A program made the translations under genes and the position numbers. A stretch of DNA of 64,000 nucleotides from Anaeramoeba ignava BMAN (Eukaryota; Protista; Anaeramoebae): positions 62,001 to 126,000 of the forward strand of contig JAPDFW010000059.1 in NCBI GenBank assembly GCA_028826165.1, given 5' to 3'. The notes under the pieces are model-generated. The model had not been told where the DNA came from. It did no database searches and saw only the letters and a program-made list of their open reading frames with translations. Shown here one piece after another: positions 43,701 through 60,253 of this stretch; within the stretch, counting starts at the first letter, position 1, and each line of letters opens with the position of its first letter.

Positions 43701-45649
43701 CTAAATGAATATATCCAAGGAAGAAAAAAATCAGAATAATTCCTAAATAATAAAACAGATGAGCACAACTGAACCAAATTATTGAAGAAAATTAAAATAT
43801 TCCCAGAAAAATAACTGTGTCCTTGATCCTCGAAATTTTGTGAACTCAGAAAATAATCATCAATATTAGATTGACTTTGCATATCGCATTCTTCAATCAA
43901 CTCAAGAAAAGACATTATTGTTGTGATAAACTCTGTGAAAATAAGCTGGTGAAATTGGATGACTTGGTCAGATGATGGGTCGTCTAAAAGCGGAGCATAA
44001 AAAAAGGATCTCCAAAGAACAATATAATTATGATGAATTGTGACTAAATCAAGTTTAGTTGAATTACTTGATTTGAGTTGATCCAAATGTTCGCCGTCTT
44101 TGGGAGGCGATTGTGAATTGCTGAGCTTGTTTGAAACATTGAGATCACGATGCTCACAAAGCGAGACCTTCAATCCAAAGGGGATGATTCGAGTGAGCAA
44201 TTTGAGGAAATTTGGGGTTCCTTTTGAATAAAGAGAAAAAAGTAGTTGAACAAAAGCTTCCAAACTTTTGAAATTATATTGAGAAACTAAGCCAGGGAAG
44301 TTTTGGAAAAATAAAACAAGCATTTGGTTGACGTTCTCGATGATCTCCATTGATATCTTGGAAGAATCAGTGAAACTAACAAGACTAGAAAAGGTTTCCA
44401 AAATATTATGAATATGATTGAAATAGTCGAATTGATCATTAACTGATTCAGTCAATTTGAAGTAGCAATGGTGAGAGAGCTTGAGGAAAATGTCTGAGAT
44501 ATCCTTGCTGTAATGGAAGGTGTGGATTGCAGATGCAAGAGCGCCGATTCCACGGAGAGACCAAGTGATTTCAACAATAGATGATTTTTCTGACATCAAA
44601 CGGTTATTGAGCTGCTCCATGTAATTCTCAAAAATATCAACGGATTCTTGGCTCTCTGCGCGCTGGATAAGCTGCTCAGAGATGTTACGGAAAAATTGTT
44701 CCACGGCATAGCCCGAATCTGTCTTGAATTTCTTGTAATCCACACAATATAACTTGAACAATTGATTCAATAGCATTTCTCGATGATGGAAAATTTGGTT
44801 TCTAAAAAGCTGGGAATGAACAGAAAACAAACGCAGTCCGAGTCTCACGACTTTGTATCTTTTCAGATCTTGATTCGGACTGATTGATGTCAAAACATGA
44901 GAGAAAATCTTGCGATTATTCTGTTCGTTTTGCTCAATAATTTCAGGAAACGACTTGAATAAATAAATTGCGCATTTAAAAGCACCAGAAATTGTTTGAA
45001 GCTCTGGTGTTTTGTTCCATCTTTCGTCTTGTTTAAACTGCTCGTTTAGATTTTCAACCAGAATGTCGAAAATTTCCTGTTTGAAACTTTCCAATTTTAA
45101 CGGAAAAAGATCCGATAATTTTCCAAAAAGTTCAAGTAATCTTCCTTTTACAGATTGAGATAATTTCTTGTTCAGTTCTATGTATTCCTTCATGTAGAAA
45201 TCCATCATTTGCTGCGGATCCACTTTGCTCGAGTTCAAATGCCTTGATTTTAAACTGAGCAATGCAAAAAGTGGGCTTAAAGAAGCCAATTTGACAGTGT
45301 TTGACTTTTCTCTTCGGAATGTGTTCATGCAAAGCGACTTGATTACTTCGAAATAGGAAAGAATTCTTTTCTGGTTGACTCGGATAAACTTGGCCAGGAA
45401 ATAAAGAAGGTATTTTTTGGCAATAACAAAAGGTCTGTTTTGGTGCTGGATTGTTTTTTCGAAAAAGGTTGCTATTCCTATTTGTGGATCAAAAATTAAA
45501 GAGATTTTCGACCATTTTTCACTTTCACTTGCTTGTCGAACAAAACAAAGTTCGAAAATTTCATTGATTGTTATTGTAATATTTGTTTCAATTAATTTTG
45601 GATTTTGAGAAAAACTTTGAAGTTTAATTAAAATTTTTTGTAAATTCAT
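31729..45649 (-). CDS. PRKDC: DNA-dependent protein kinase catalytic subunit (PIKK family)
   Basis: More than 4000 aa of HEAT, FAT, kinase and FATC domains. LVKGGEDLRLDQRIEQLF, GIGDRHLKN, GIDFG, FATC DQATDPNLLGRMYVGFQAWV, PFKRLG motif. Four introns (43625-43389, ~38245-38172, ~33250-33052, ~32993-32921); 1-nt frameshifts near 38615 and 38322. Confidence 0.93.
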
Positions 45650-45812
45650 TTTATAATAATTGAAAAAAAAAAAAAGAGAAGAAAAATGAAAAAAATTTTT
45701 TAACGTTTTTTTTATTATTTTTTTAAAAAAATTTTTTGAAAGGAAACAAAAGAATAATAATAAAAATATGAATAATAAAATTTCCTTTTTTTTTTTTTTA
45801 TTATTATTTATT

Positions 45813-49339
<3,527 letters not shown>

Positions 49340-49545
49340 AAAATAAAATAAAAGAATTTATTTATAAAAGGAATAATAAAATATTATAATAAAAAAAAGA
49401 AGAAGAAAAAAAAAATGAAAAAAATTTTTTTTAATTAATTTTTTTTTTTCATTTTTCTTTTTTCATTTTTTTTTTCTTAATTGTTAATTTTTTTTTTTGA
49501 AAAATTTTTCTTTTTAATTTTTGTTATTTGTGAATCTGTGAAATT

Positions 49546-51932
49546 ATGTTTGTTTCAAGTGAATTTCGTAATTCTCGTACTTCTCAAACTTCTCAAAATT
49601 TAATTGACGATTCATTAGATCAAATTGATTATTTTCCAATTGAAGAACAATCTGGATTTTTTACAACTTTTGTTGATCCAAAACCAATAGATAATAATTT
49701 AGGTTTGTTTTTTATTATTTTTTGTTAAGTTTTTATTTTAAAAAAAATTTTTTTTCCATTTCTTTTTTTTTTTTTTTTGTTGTTTTTAAATAAGTTTTTA
49801 AATAAGTTTTTTTGACTTAAAAAAAATTATTATTTTTTCATATAGCAAAAAACAAAACCCCAAAATAGAAATAAATCCAAAAACAATTTAATATAAATAA
49901 TTGAAATTTAAATAAATTTTTTATTTAAATAACAAAGATCAATAAAAAAAAATAATAAATTAAAAAAAAAAAATTAAAAAAAAATTTTGATCCAAAATTT
50001 AAATAAATATTTCATTCATATTTCAATTTAAATTCAATTCAATTTTAATCCAAAATTCAATTTAATACTCAATTCAATATTCAATTCATTATTTAATTCA
50101 TTATTTAATTCAATATTTAATTCAATATTTAATCCAATATTTAATTCAATATTCAATTCAATATTCAATTCAATATTTAATTCAATATTTAATTCAATAT
50201 TTAATTCAATATTTAATTCAATATTCAATTTAATATTTAATTCAATATTTAATTCTAAAATTCAATTTAATATTTAATTCAATATTTAATTCATTATTTA
50301 ATTCATTATTTAATTTAATATTTAATTCAATATTTAATTCAAAATTTAATTCAAAATTTAATTAAATTTAATTCATTATTTAATTCAGTATTTAATTTAA
50401 TATTTAATTCAATATTTAATTTAATATTTAATTCAAAAATTCAATTCAAAATTTAATTTATTATTTAATTCAATATTTAACTCAATATTTAATTCATTAT
50501 TTAATTCATTATTTAATTCATTATTTAATTTAATATTTAATTCATTATTTAATTCATTATTTAATTCAAAATTTAATTCATTATTTAATTCAATATTTAA
50601 TTTAATATTTAATTCAAATTTAATTTAATATTTAAATTTAATTTTTAAATTTAATTCAATATTTAATTCAATATTTAATTCAAAATTCAATTTAATATTT
50701 AATTCAATATTCAATTCATTATTTAATTCAAAATTTAACTCAATATTTAATTCAATACTTAATTCAATATTTAATTCAATATTTAATTCAATATTTAATT
50801 CAATATTTAATTTAATATTTAATTCAATATTTAATTCATTATTTAATTTATTATTTAATTCATTATTTAATTCAATATTTAATTCAATATTTAATTCAAA
50901 ATTTAATTCAATATTTAATTCAAAATTTAATTCAAAATTTAATTCAATATTTCAATTCAATATTTAATTCATTATTTAATTCATTATTTAATCCAATATT
51001 TAATTCAATATTTAATTCAATATTTAATTCATTATTTAATTCAAAATTTAATCCAAAATTCAATTCAATATTTAATTCAAAATTTAATCCAAAATTTAAT
51101 CCAAAATTCAATTCAAAAGAAAAACAACAAGAAAATGAACAACAACAAGAAGAAAAACAACAACAAAAACCAAAAGAAACAAATCAAAAAAAACCAAGAC
51201 GTAAAAAACAAAAAGGAAAGCATTCAAAAACACATAAAAAAACAAAGAAAAGAAAAACACAAGATGATGAAGAAGACGAATTATCATGTAAAACAAAAAA
51301 ACCAAAGAAAAAAAGTAGTAAAAGAAAAAAAGCAGAAGCAAATGTTATTGTAACAATTAAAGATGGACTTGGAAATGAGCAATCTATTGATCTTGCAGGA
51401 AAATTAACAAGAGAACAACTTAGATTGTTAACTTCAAAACAAAAGAAACAAAGAAGAATGATTAAAAATAGAAAAAGTGCTCAAAAATGTAGAGAAAAAA
51501 CTCGTCAAAGAATTGAAGAACTTTCAGAAGAAATTTCTCAAATGCAAGAAGTTAGAGTTGAAATTGAAAGTCAAGTTGAAAATTATAAAAAAGAAAATTT
51601 ATTATTGCATGTAAAATTAAAATTTAAAATTAAAATTAAAATTAAAATTAAAATTAAAATTAAAATTAAAATTAAAATTAAAATTAAATTTAAAATTAAA
51701 ATTAAAATTAAAATTAAAATTAAAATTAAAATTAAAATTAAAATTAAAATTAAAATTAAAATTAAAATTAAAATTAAAAAATTAAAATTATTTTTTATAG
51801 CAAGAGATTGAAATATTAAAGAAAGAACTCTCAAGAACAAGAGAACAAACTGGTTTATATCAAAATCCAATTTCTCAAGCAATAAATGATCCAAATATTT
51901 TTGTTAGTGATATGAGAAATTTTTTGAATTGA
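49546..51932 (+). CDS. bZIP transcription factor
   Basis: Basic region KQRRMIKNRKSAQKCREK plus heptad zipper. Exons 49546-49702, 51120-51610, 51801-51932. Confidence 0.85.
50030..51115. repeat. Intronic 12-mer satellite (TTTAATTCAATA)n
   Basis: Tandem array in bZIP intron 1. Confidence 0.92.
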
Positions 51933-52189
51933 AAATTTAAATTTTTTGAATGATTTTTTTTTTTCTTAAAAATGATTTTAAATTCTTTAATGTTTTCCAC
52001 AAATTTAGCTTAGTTATTTGGTTCTAAAAGAATTGAATTGAATTGAATTGAATTGGAAACAAAACAAAATAGCAAAATTCATAGTTTAATTTTTTATAAC
52101 GAATAAAAAATTAAAAAAAAAAAAACAGTATAAAAAAATATTTAAATTTTTTTTTTTTCATTTTTTTCTTTTTTATTTTTATTATTAAA

Positions 52190-53476
52190 ATGAATTCAAA
52201 AATAAATCAAGTTTTTACAGATTTACAAAAAGAAGTTCGTTGTCAAATTTGTTTAGATACATTTAAAAGCCCATTTTCACTTCCTTGTAATCATATTTTT
52301 TGTTCTGAATGGTAAAAAAATAAAAATAAAAATAAAAATAAAAATAAAAATAAAAATAATTATAAAAAAATAAAAAGTATTTTTGCTGCTTCAAGAGTTT
52401 CTCAAAAATGTCCACTTTGTAAAGAACCTTTTTCAAATAGAGATCTTCAACCAGTTTCACATTTAAAAAAACTTGTCAGACATATAAATCAATTTGAAAA
52501 AATACTTATAAATGAAAATATAATGGAAAAACCATTTGAATATAAACTTCCGCCAATTACAAAAAAACCTGAAAATAACGAAAGAAAAAAAACTAAAAAA
52601 AAATCAACACAATCAAGTCCAAAAAAAAGAAAAGATCCTGAACCAGCAAAAAACTTGAAATCACAAATTATTCGAGAAAAATTCCAAATCAAAAAACCCC
52701 AAAAAAAAGAAAATAAAAATAGTCGTTTCATCAAGTTCTCTTTCAGAAAAACAACAGAAAGAAATGGAGAAAATTTGTGAAAAATTGAATTGGGAATTTT
52801 GCAATGAAATTTCAAATAGTGTCACTCATCTTGTCATGCCAAAAAGAAATAATAATCTAACATCAAGAACAAGCAAGTATTTAAAAGCATTAATACAAGG
52901 AATTTGGATTGTGAATTTTGATTGGATCAAAAAATGTGGAAAAAAAGGAAAATTTATTAAAGAAAAAGAATTTGAATTTGAAGGTGATGAAGAAAATACT
53001 GGAGGTCCAAAAAAATCAAGAGAATCCAAAAAAATGTTGTTTGAAAATTTATTTTTTTATGTTCATGAACAATATCAAGCTGATGATTCTCCTCCTTCAG
53101 AAACTCTTAGTGATTTAATTCTTAATGGAGGTGGAAATATTGTTTTTCAAAATGAAAAAAACAAATTTACTGTTAAAGGTTGTTTTGTCAATCAAAAATC
53201 AAAAAAGGAAAAGAATGAAAAAATCAAAATCAAAATCAAAAGAAATCAAGAACTTCCAAAAAAAATTCTTCAAATCAAGATGATATTTCAAAATCTCTTT
53301 TGGTTTTATGTGATTCAAATTGTTATCAATTTGGTATTCAAAAAGTTCTATTCTCTTTACAAGAAAATAATTTTGATTTAAATAATTTTAAGACAATTAA
53401 TCCAAAATGGCTTTTGGATTCAATTAGTAAATTTAAATTAAGGAAAATTAATGAATTTAAAGTGAATTTACTTTAA
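52190..53476 (+). CDS. Compact RING + tandem BRCT protein (BRCA1/BARD1-like)
   Basis: C3HC4 RING (CQIC..LPCNHIFCSEC..CPLC, completed across an intron). BRCT motifs VTHLV..RTSKYLKALIQGIWIVNFDWI, LILNGGG and PKWLLDSIS. Two apparent homopolymer frameshifts. Confidence 0.8.
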
Positions 53477-53609
53477 ATGAATTTTGGAATAAATTTTTAA
53501 ATCAATTTTTATTATTATTTTTTATTTTGATTTCAAAAAAAGAAAATGGAAAAAAATAGAAAAGAAAAAAATGAAAAGAAAGAAAGAAAGAAAGAATGAA
53601 AGAAAGAAT

Positions 53610-56600
53610 TCATTGGCAATAACCAGCAGGAATTAAACCTTGTTTTCCTTGACTATTAGAAACATAATACCAACCTTCATATTCTTGAACAAGAGTAAAA
53701 ACTTCACCTTCAGTCATATCTAATTCATCTTCTCCACCTTTTTGATAAGAATAAACTGCAACAAGTTGTCTTGCTGTTTGAGTTTGAGGTTGAATTTCGG
53801 GTTGTTGTGTTTGTTGATTTGTTGTATCAACAATTTCTACATAAGTTGAAGGGATAAGACCTTGATTTCCATTAAATTCTGCAAGCCACCTTTAAAATAA
53901 ATGAAAAATATTTTAATTAAAAAAAAGTGGAACAAAAATAATTTAATTTAATTTAGATTTAATTTATGATTTATATTTAATTTAGATTTAATTTAGATTT
54001 AATTTAGATTTAATTTAGATTTAATTTATATTTAATTTATATTTAATTTAGATTTAGATTTAGATTTAGATTTAATTTAAATTTAGATTTAATTTATATT
54101 TAATTTAGATTTAATTTAGATTTAATTTATATTTAATTTAGATTTAATTTAGATTTAATTTAGATTTAATTTAGATTTAATTTAGATTTAATTTAGATTT
54201 AATTTAATTTAGATTTAATTTAGATTTAATTTAGATTTAATTTAGATTTAATTTAGATTTAATTTAGATTTAATTTAGATTTAATTTATATTTAATTTAT
54301 ATTTAATTTAGATTTAATTTAGATTTAATTTAGATTTAATTTAGATTTAATTTAGATTTAGATTTAATTTATATTTAATTTATATTTAATTTAGATTTAA
54401 TTTAGATTTAATTTAGATTTAATTTAGATTTAATTTAGATTTAATTTAGATTTAATTTAGATTTAATTTAGATTTAATTTAGATTTAATTTAATTTAGAT
54501 TTAATTTAGATTTAATTTAGATTTAATTTAGATTTAAATTTAATTTAGATTTAATTTATATTTAAATTTGGATTTACCATCCACTTTCAATTTTAGATTT
54601 AATTTAGATTTAATTTAGATTTAATTTAGATTTAATTTAGATTTCATTTGATTTAATTTCATTTAATCAAAAGAAATTTAGATTTAACTTTTGGATTTGT
54701 GTAGTTTGGTTGATTTATATTTTTGAATTTAGAATTTGTTTTTAGATTTATTTAGATTTAATTTTGATTTAATTTAGTTTTGTTTTTTGATTTGAATTTA
54801 GGATCTTTTTTGGAATTCCAGTATTATATTTAAACTAAATTTAATTTAAATTTATTTTTATATTTTATTTAATTTATTTTATTTAATTTAGATTTAATTT
54901 TTTTTAATTTAAATTTAATTTATATTTCTGTTATTTAATTTTGATTTTGGATTTAAAGTTACCATCCACTTTCATTTTGTGAAATAATTGTTAATTAATT
55001 GCCCTAAATGAAAATTAATTCCAAGTTCTCCTTCATTTGGTTGATCATAATCAAAAAGAACTTTAGCCTTAACTTGTGGAGATTGTGTAGTTTGATTGAT
55101 TGGATTTTGAGTTGGAGAATTTGTTTTTTGTGTTATATTTTGAGTTTGAACAACTTGAGTTTCTGTTTTTCCTATTTGAAGTTTAGGATCTTTTTCTGGA
55201 ATTCCAGTATTATGATTAAACTAAAAAAATAATAAATTTATTTTATAAATTATTTAATTATTTTCTAAATTATTTGATTATTTTCTAAATTATTTAATAC
55301 TTTCTGTTCATAATATTGTTTTTTTGGAGGAGAAGGAAATTCTCCTACTTTGAAGGTAGTTGTAATATATTCATTAATAGATTCTTCGCTAAATGAAAAT
55401 TCTTCTCGAATTTTGTCTGTTTTTTCTTTTAATTCTTTGGCATAACTTTCTTGATCTGTAAGATAAATTGTTAATAAATTTTTTGTATCAAGAAGCTTTT
55501 GATTTTCGAGTTGTTCTAAATTATCAAAAAGACCCGAAATTTTTACATTAAAACCTTCTTGACGAGTAAACAAAAGTGAATGAAAATCTTTGAATCGTTC
55601 TTCTAATTCCTTTTGATCTTTTTGGATATTGACTAATTTTGATTCCAACTTTGATTTTAAAATTTAAAATTAAAATTCAAATCAAAATTTAAATTAAAAT
55701 TTTTTTATTACTTTTGATTTATCTTTTGGATCAGTTGCTTTTAATAATTCAAGTTCATATTTTTCTAATTCTTCACTTTTTTTAAAATATTCATCTTTTA
55801 TTTTTTCATAATCTTTTTTTGTTGTATCAAAAATTTGTTTTTCTGTTTTAATTTGATCAAAAATATGTTTTGATTTTTCTTCAAATCCGAGAATGTCTGT
55901 CATTTTTTTGAGATGCTCTTTAATTTTAGTATTTTTTTCATTAATACTTTCATGTGTTGATTTAGATTCTAATAAAAGTGCAGACCAACATTTTGAAATT
56001 GGTCTTTTGAATTTTTAATTATTTATTTTGTAAATTATTTTATAAAATATTTTATTAATTATTTTATTAATTATTTTATTAATTATTTTATTAATTATTT
56101 TATTAATTATTTTATTAATTATTTTATTAATTATTTTATTAAATATTTTATAATTATTTTATTAAATATTTTATAAATTATTTTATTAAATATTTTATTA
56201 AATATTTTGGAATGATTTTGTTAATTATTTATTAAATATTTTATTAATTATTTTATTAATTATTTTGTTAATTATTTTATAAATTATTTTATTAATTATT
56301 TAGTAAATTATTTTATAAATTATTTTATTAATTATTTTATTAATATTTTGTAAATTATTTTATTAATTATTTTGATTAAATTATTTTAATAATTATTTTA
56401 TTAATTATTTTATTAATTGTTTTGTTAATTATTTTTTTTATTTAATTATTTTGTTAATTATTTTGTTAATTATTTAGTTAAATTTTGTAAATTATTTTTA
56501 TTAATTATTTTATTAAATATTTTATTAAATGTTTTATTAATTATTTTATTAATTATTTAGTTAAAATTTTGTTAAATATTTTATTAAATGTTTTATTAAT

Positions 56601-57215
56601 TATTTAGTTAAAATTTTGTAAATTATTTTATTAAATGTTTTATTAATTATTTTATAAAATTATTTTGATTAATTATTTTATTAATTATTTTATTAAATAT
56701 TTAGTTAAAATTTTGTTAATTATTTTATTAATTATTTTATTAATTATTTTATAAATTATTTTATTAATTATTTTATAAATATTTTGTTAATTATTTTGTA
56801 AATTATTTTGTTAAATTATTTTATTAATTGTTTAGTTAAAATTTTGTTAAAATTTTGTTAAATATTTTGTTAATTATTTTGTAAAAGAGAAAGAAAGCAA
56901 AAAAAAAAGGTTGTATTGTTTTTGTTTTTGATTTTGTAAAATAAAAATTTTTAAATAAAGATTGTAAATTTTAAATTGTAAATTGTAAAAGTAATAAAAA
57001 TAATTTTTTTTTGGCAATTAAAAAGCTAACCCTGTAGTTTCTGCAATTTGTTTATTTTCTGTATTATTTAAGATTTTTTTCAATTTTTTAGAATATTCAT
57101 TTTCAATAACTGAAGTTGTATTCATTAAATGTTGAATTTTTTTAATTTTATCAGTGGTTTCATTTGTAAAATTTAAAATAAATGATTCAGAATCCCAAAA
57201 ACGAGAGAAAGACAT
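53610..57215 (-). CDS. F-BAR (FCH) + two SH3 domain protein
   Basis: N-terminal MSFSRFWD..IENEYSKKLKK coiled coil. SH3 motifs AKVLFDYD..GWWLAEFNGNQGLIPSTYV and AVYSYQK..ELDM..GWY..GLIPAGY. Confidence 0.83.
53945..54650. repeat. Intronic 12-mer satellite (TTTAGATTTAAT)n
   Basis: Tandem array in an F-BAR gene intron. Confidence 0.92.
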
Positions 57216-57355
57216 TTTTTTTTCTTCTTTTTGAATAGATTTTTGTTTAAAGAATTAAAAATGAAAAAAAATGAAAAAGCAAAATTTTTTTTCCCTTTTT
57301 TTTTTTCAAATCATTTTTTTCATTTTTAATTCATTTTTCTTTTTGTTGAGTTAAA

Positions 57356-58300
57356 ATGCAAACAGTTAAACTTTCTTCAGGAAAAAACATACCAGTTATT
57401 GGTTTAGGAACCTGGAAACTTCCAACAGAAAAAATTGATCAAATAATACGTGATTCAATTGAAGTTGGTTTTAGACATTTTGATTGTGCTTGGGGATATG
57501 AAAATGAAGAGCAAATTGGAAACGTTTTCAAAGAAATTTTTTCAACCGACAAATCCAAAAGGGAAGATTTTTGGATCACATCAAAATTGCATAATATTTT
57601 CCACGATCCAAAAGATGTTCAATGGGCTTGTGAGCAATCAATCCAGAATTTGGGATGCGATTACCTTGATTTATTCTTGATTCACTGGCCAATTTCTTTT
57701 GAAAAAAGAGATGATCTTGATCCTGAGCCGTTGGATTTCAACACTTTCACAATAAGCACTGTTGATATCCCACTGATCCAAACTTGGAAGGCTATGGAAA
57801 AGCTTGTGGAAAAAGGACTTGTCAAATCAATTGGTGTTTCAAATTTTTCAATTGATCATCTTAAAGAGATCCTAAAAGAAGCTCAAATCAAACCTGTTGT
57901 GAATCAAGTCGAAAATCATCCCTATCTCCAGCAAGAAGACCTTGTCCAATTCTGCAAGGAAAATCAGATCCAAGTTATTGCTTACTCGCCTTTAGGATCT
58001 CTTGATTCAAAACAAAAGGATGATCCTTCCATTTTGGATGATCCAATTATTAAGGAAATTTCCCAACGCTTAAATTGTTTGCCAGCTCAAGTTGTTCTTA
58101 AATGGCAAATCCAAAGAGGCTTAATTGTCATCCCAAAATCCTCTAATCCTCTTCATATGAAGGAGAATTTGCAAGCTTTAGAATTCACACTTTCGCAAGA
58201 AGATATGGATAAAATCAAATCTATTAACAGAAATTATCGCTTTTTGAATCCAATGAATTTTTGGGGAATCACTGTTTTTGAAGAAATTAAAAAAGATTAA
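57356..58300 (+). CDS. Aldo-keto reductase (AKR1-like)
   Basis: GLGTW, DCAWGY, TSKL, LIHWP (D-Y-K-H tetrad), SIGVSNF, NQVENHP, AYSPLG, IPKS. Intronless. Confidence 0.95.
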   Translation: MQTVKLSSGKNIPVIGLGTWKLPTEKIDQIIRDSIEVGFRHFDCAWGYENEEQIGNVFKEIFSTDKSKREDFWITSKLHNIFHDPKDVQWACEQSIQNLGCDYLDLFLIHWPISFEKRDDLDPEPLDFNTFTISTVDIPLIQTWKAMEKLVEKGLVKSIGVSNFSIDHLKEILKEAQIKPVVNQVENHPYLQQEDLVQFCKENQIQVIAYSPLGSLDSKQKDDPSILDDPIIKEISQRLNCLPAQVVLKWQIQRGLIVIPKSSNPLHMKENLQALEFTLSQEDMDKIKSINRNYRFLNPMNFWGITVFEEIKKD

Positions 58301-58430
58301 AAGAACAAAATTTTATTAAATAAAAATCTTCATCTCATTCTTTTAATAAATAATTGGAACAAATTTTGGTTTCAAAAAAAAAAACAAAGAAAAAAAAGGA
58401 TATTATTAAAAAAAAAGAGGATTCTAATAA

Positions 58431-60034
58431 TCAATACCAATCATTTTCATTTTCATTTTCAGTTTCACTATTTAATTTGGTTTTTAATTGATTAAAAGAT
58501 AAATTTTCTTGAGATTTTAAATTTCCAAGCAAAGATCTATTTTGAGGAAGAAAATTATTTTCGTGTTGATCAATCAAAGGATGATTTTCATCTTGAGTTG
58601 AATCACTTTCATATAGTTCATGATTGTCGTGAAAAGAGACTTTTTGAGAAGGAGAGCTTATGATGTTTTCAATATCGTTATTTTGCTGCAAATGATCATC
58701 AACTGGATTTTGGATTTCATTTGGATTTTCTGGTTTTATATCTTTTGAATCATCAGGATCGCTTGAAGAAAAAGTCATGTTGGAAAGATTTGTGTATTTA
58801 AAAAGCAAAGATAGCTTGTTATCAAATTTATTTTCTGTTTTGATTGGTGTTCCAACTTCTCTTTTGATATTACTCGACACTCTGTTGATGTAAAATATAA
58901 AGGAACATATAAAAAAGATTGTCGGAATAACTTCGAATATAGTGAACCAAACAAGAAGGAAAACTACATATTTTTTGCTTTGATCATTTCGCCAAACTGT
59001 TAGTTTATGAAAAAATGGATTTTCTCCAACAACTAATAGAATTTCCCACAAAGATCGCACAAGAAACAGCAGAAAATAGATCATCATCACAACAAGGAAA
59101 AATGTAATTTCAAAGAGCGCCTTTTTCTGTTTCTTATGCTTGATTGTTTTCCTCTTTTGCAATTGCGAACGCAAGATAAACAACTTGCGTCCAACAATTA
59201 AGGAAAATAATACTCAAAATCGCATAAAGAATAAATGAGATGATATAAAGAAGTAAAGTGTAGTTGTCCTCAGTAGAAAATGCTGACATGATTATAATCG
59301 TTATGAATGACGCAACCATCAAGATATGTATAAGTATCCTGACTCTTCTGTGGATGCGCTGATTCGCGGGATCATAATAGATTAATCCCAATAAAAATAA
59401 AAGAAATAAAGAGAATCTAGTTGTTTTTTTTGTCGTCAATTAAAAAGAGGAATGGAATTGGAATGTAAAATTATGCAGATAAATTTTGGATTGCGAAATT
59501 TAAGTTGGAAATTTTTTGAAGAAAAAATTTTTCATCTTTTTTAATTTTTTGCTTTTTTATTTTGCTTTTTTATTTTGAAAAAAAAAAATTTAACTTACGC
59601 ACAAAAATGACAAGCCATTGGTGCTGTATAATAAAAGAAAAATGCTAATCCAAATAATTTCCAATCAATATTTACTAAAACAAATAATGCTCGAAATAAT
59701 GCAAATAATTCTAACATCAATAAAGATGCAAAAGGGAAAAAAAATATTGAATTGTCTTTTAATTTAGTTCTGTTTTGAAAATTTTTAATCATCAAGTTTT
59801 TGATCCAATTTTATTTTTTCATTTGAAATTTTTGTAAATGAATTTCTGTTAAATTTTGTTTTTCAAAATAAATTTTGTTTTTGTTTTTTTTTTTTTTTTT
59901 AACTTGAATCTCCAAGCAAAAATAAGAACAACTAATCCAAAAATAAATATCCCCCAATAAAGAGATGAACCCAAATAAAGTTCCCAAGTCCCAGAATATT
60001 CTGCAGAAGGTGTATAATGATCCCAGTTAGTCAT
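58431..60034 (-). CDS. Multi-pass (about 7TM) membrane protein, GPR137/TOM1-like
   Basis: Several hydrophobic helices over 3 exons, FEVIPT in the last helix, and an acidic cytoplasmic tail; frameshift near 59170. Confidence 0.6.
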
Positions 60035-60253
60035 TATTATTATTATTATTATTTTAAATAATTATTTATTTATTAACAAAATAAAAAAAAGAAAAAAATG
60101 AAAAAAAATAATTTAAAAAAAAAAAACTAATTTCCGTTTTCAAAATTTAATTTTCATTTAAAAATCATTTTGAAAAAAAAGAAAGAAAGAAGAAAAAGAA
60201 AAAGTTGTTTTTTTTTTGTTTGTTCCACTTTTTTTCTTTTGTTTTTGATATTT

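Noticed and set aside
31729-45649. Intein or foreign insertion within the higher-GC DNA-PKcs exons
   Set aside because: No intein splice motifs or homing endonuclease recognised. GC also rises in the interior of other long exons (GCKR-like, AKR, PARP).
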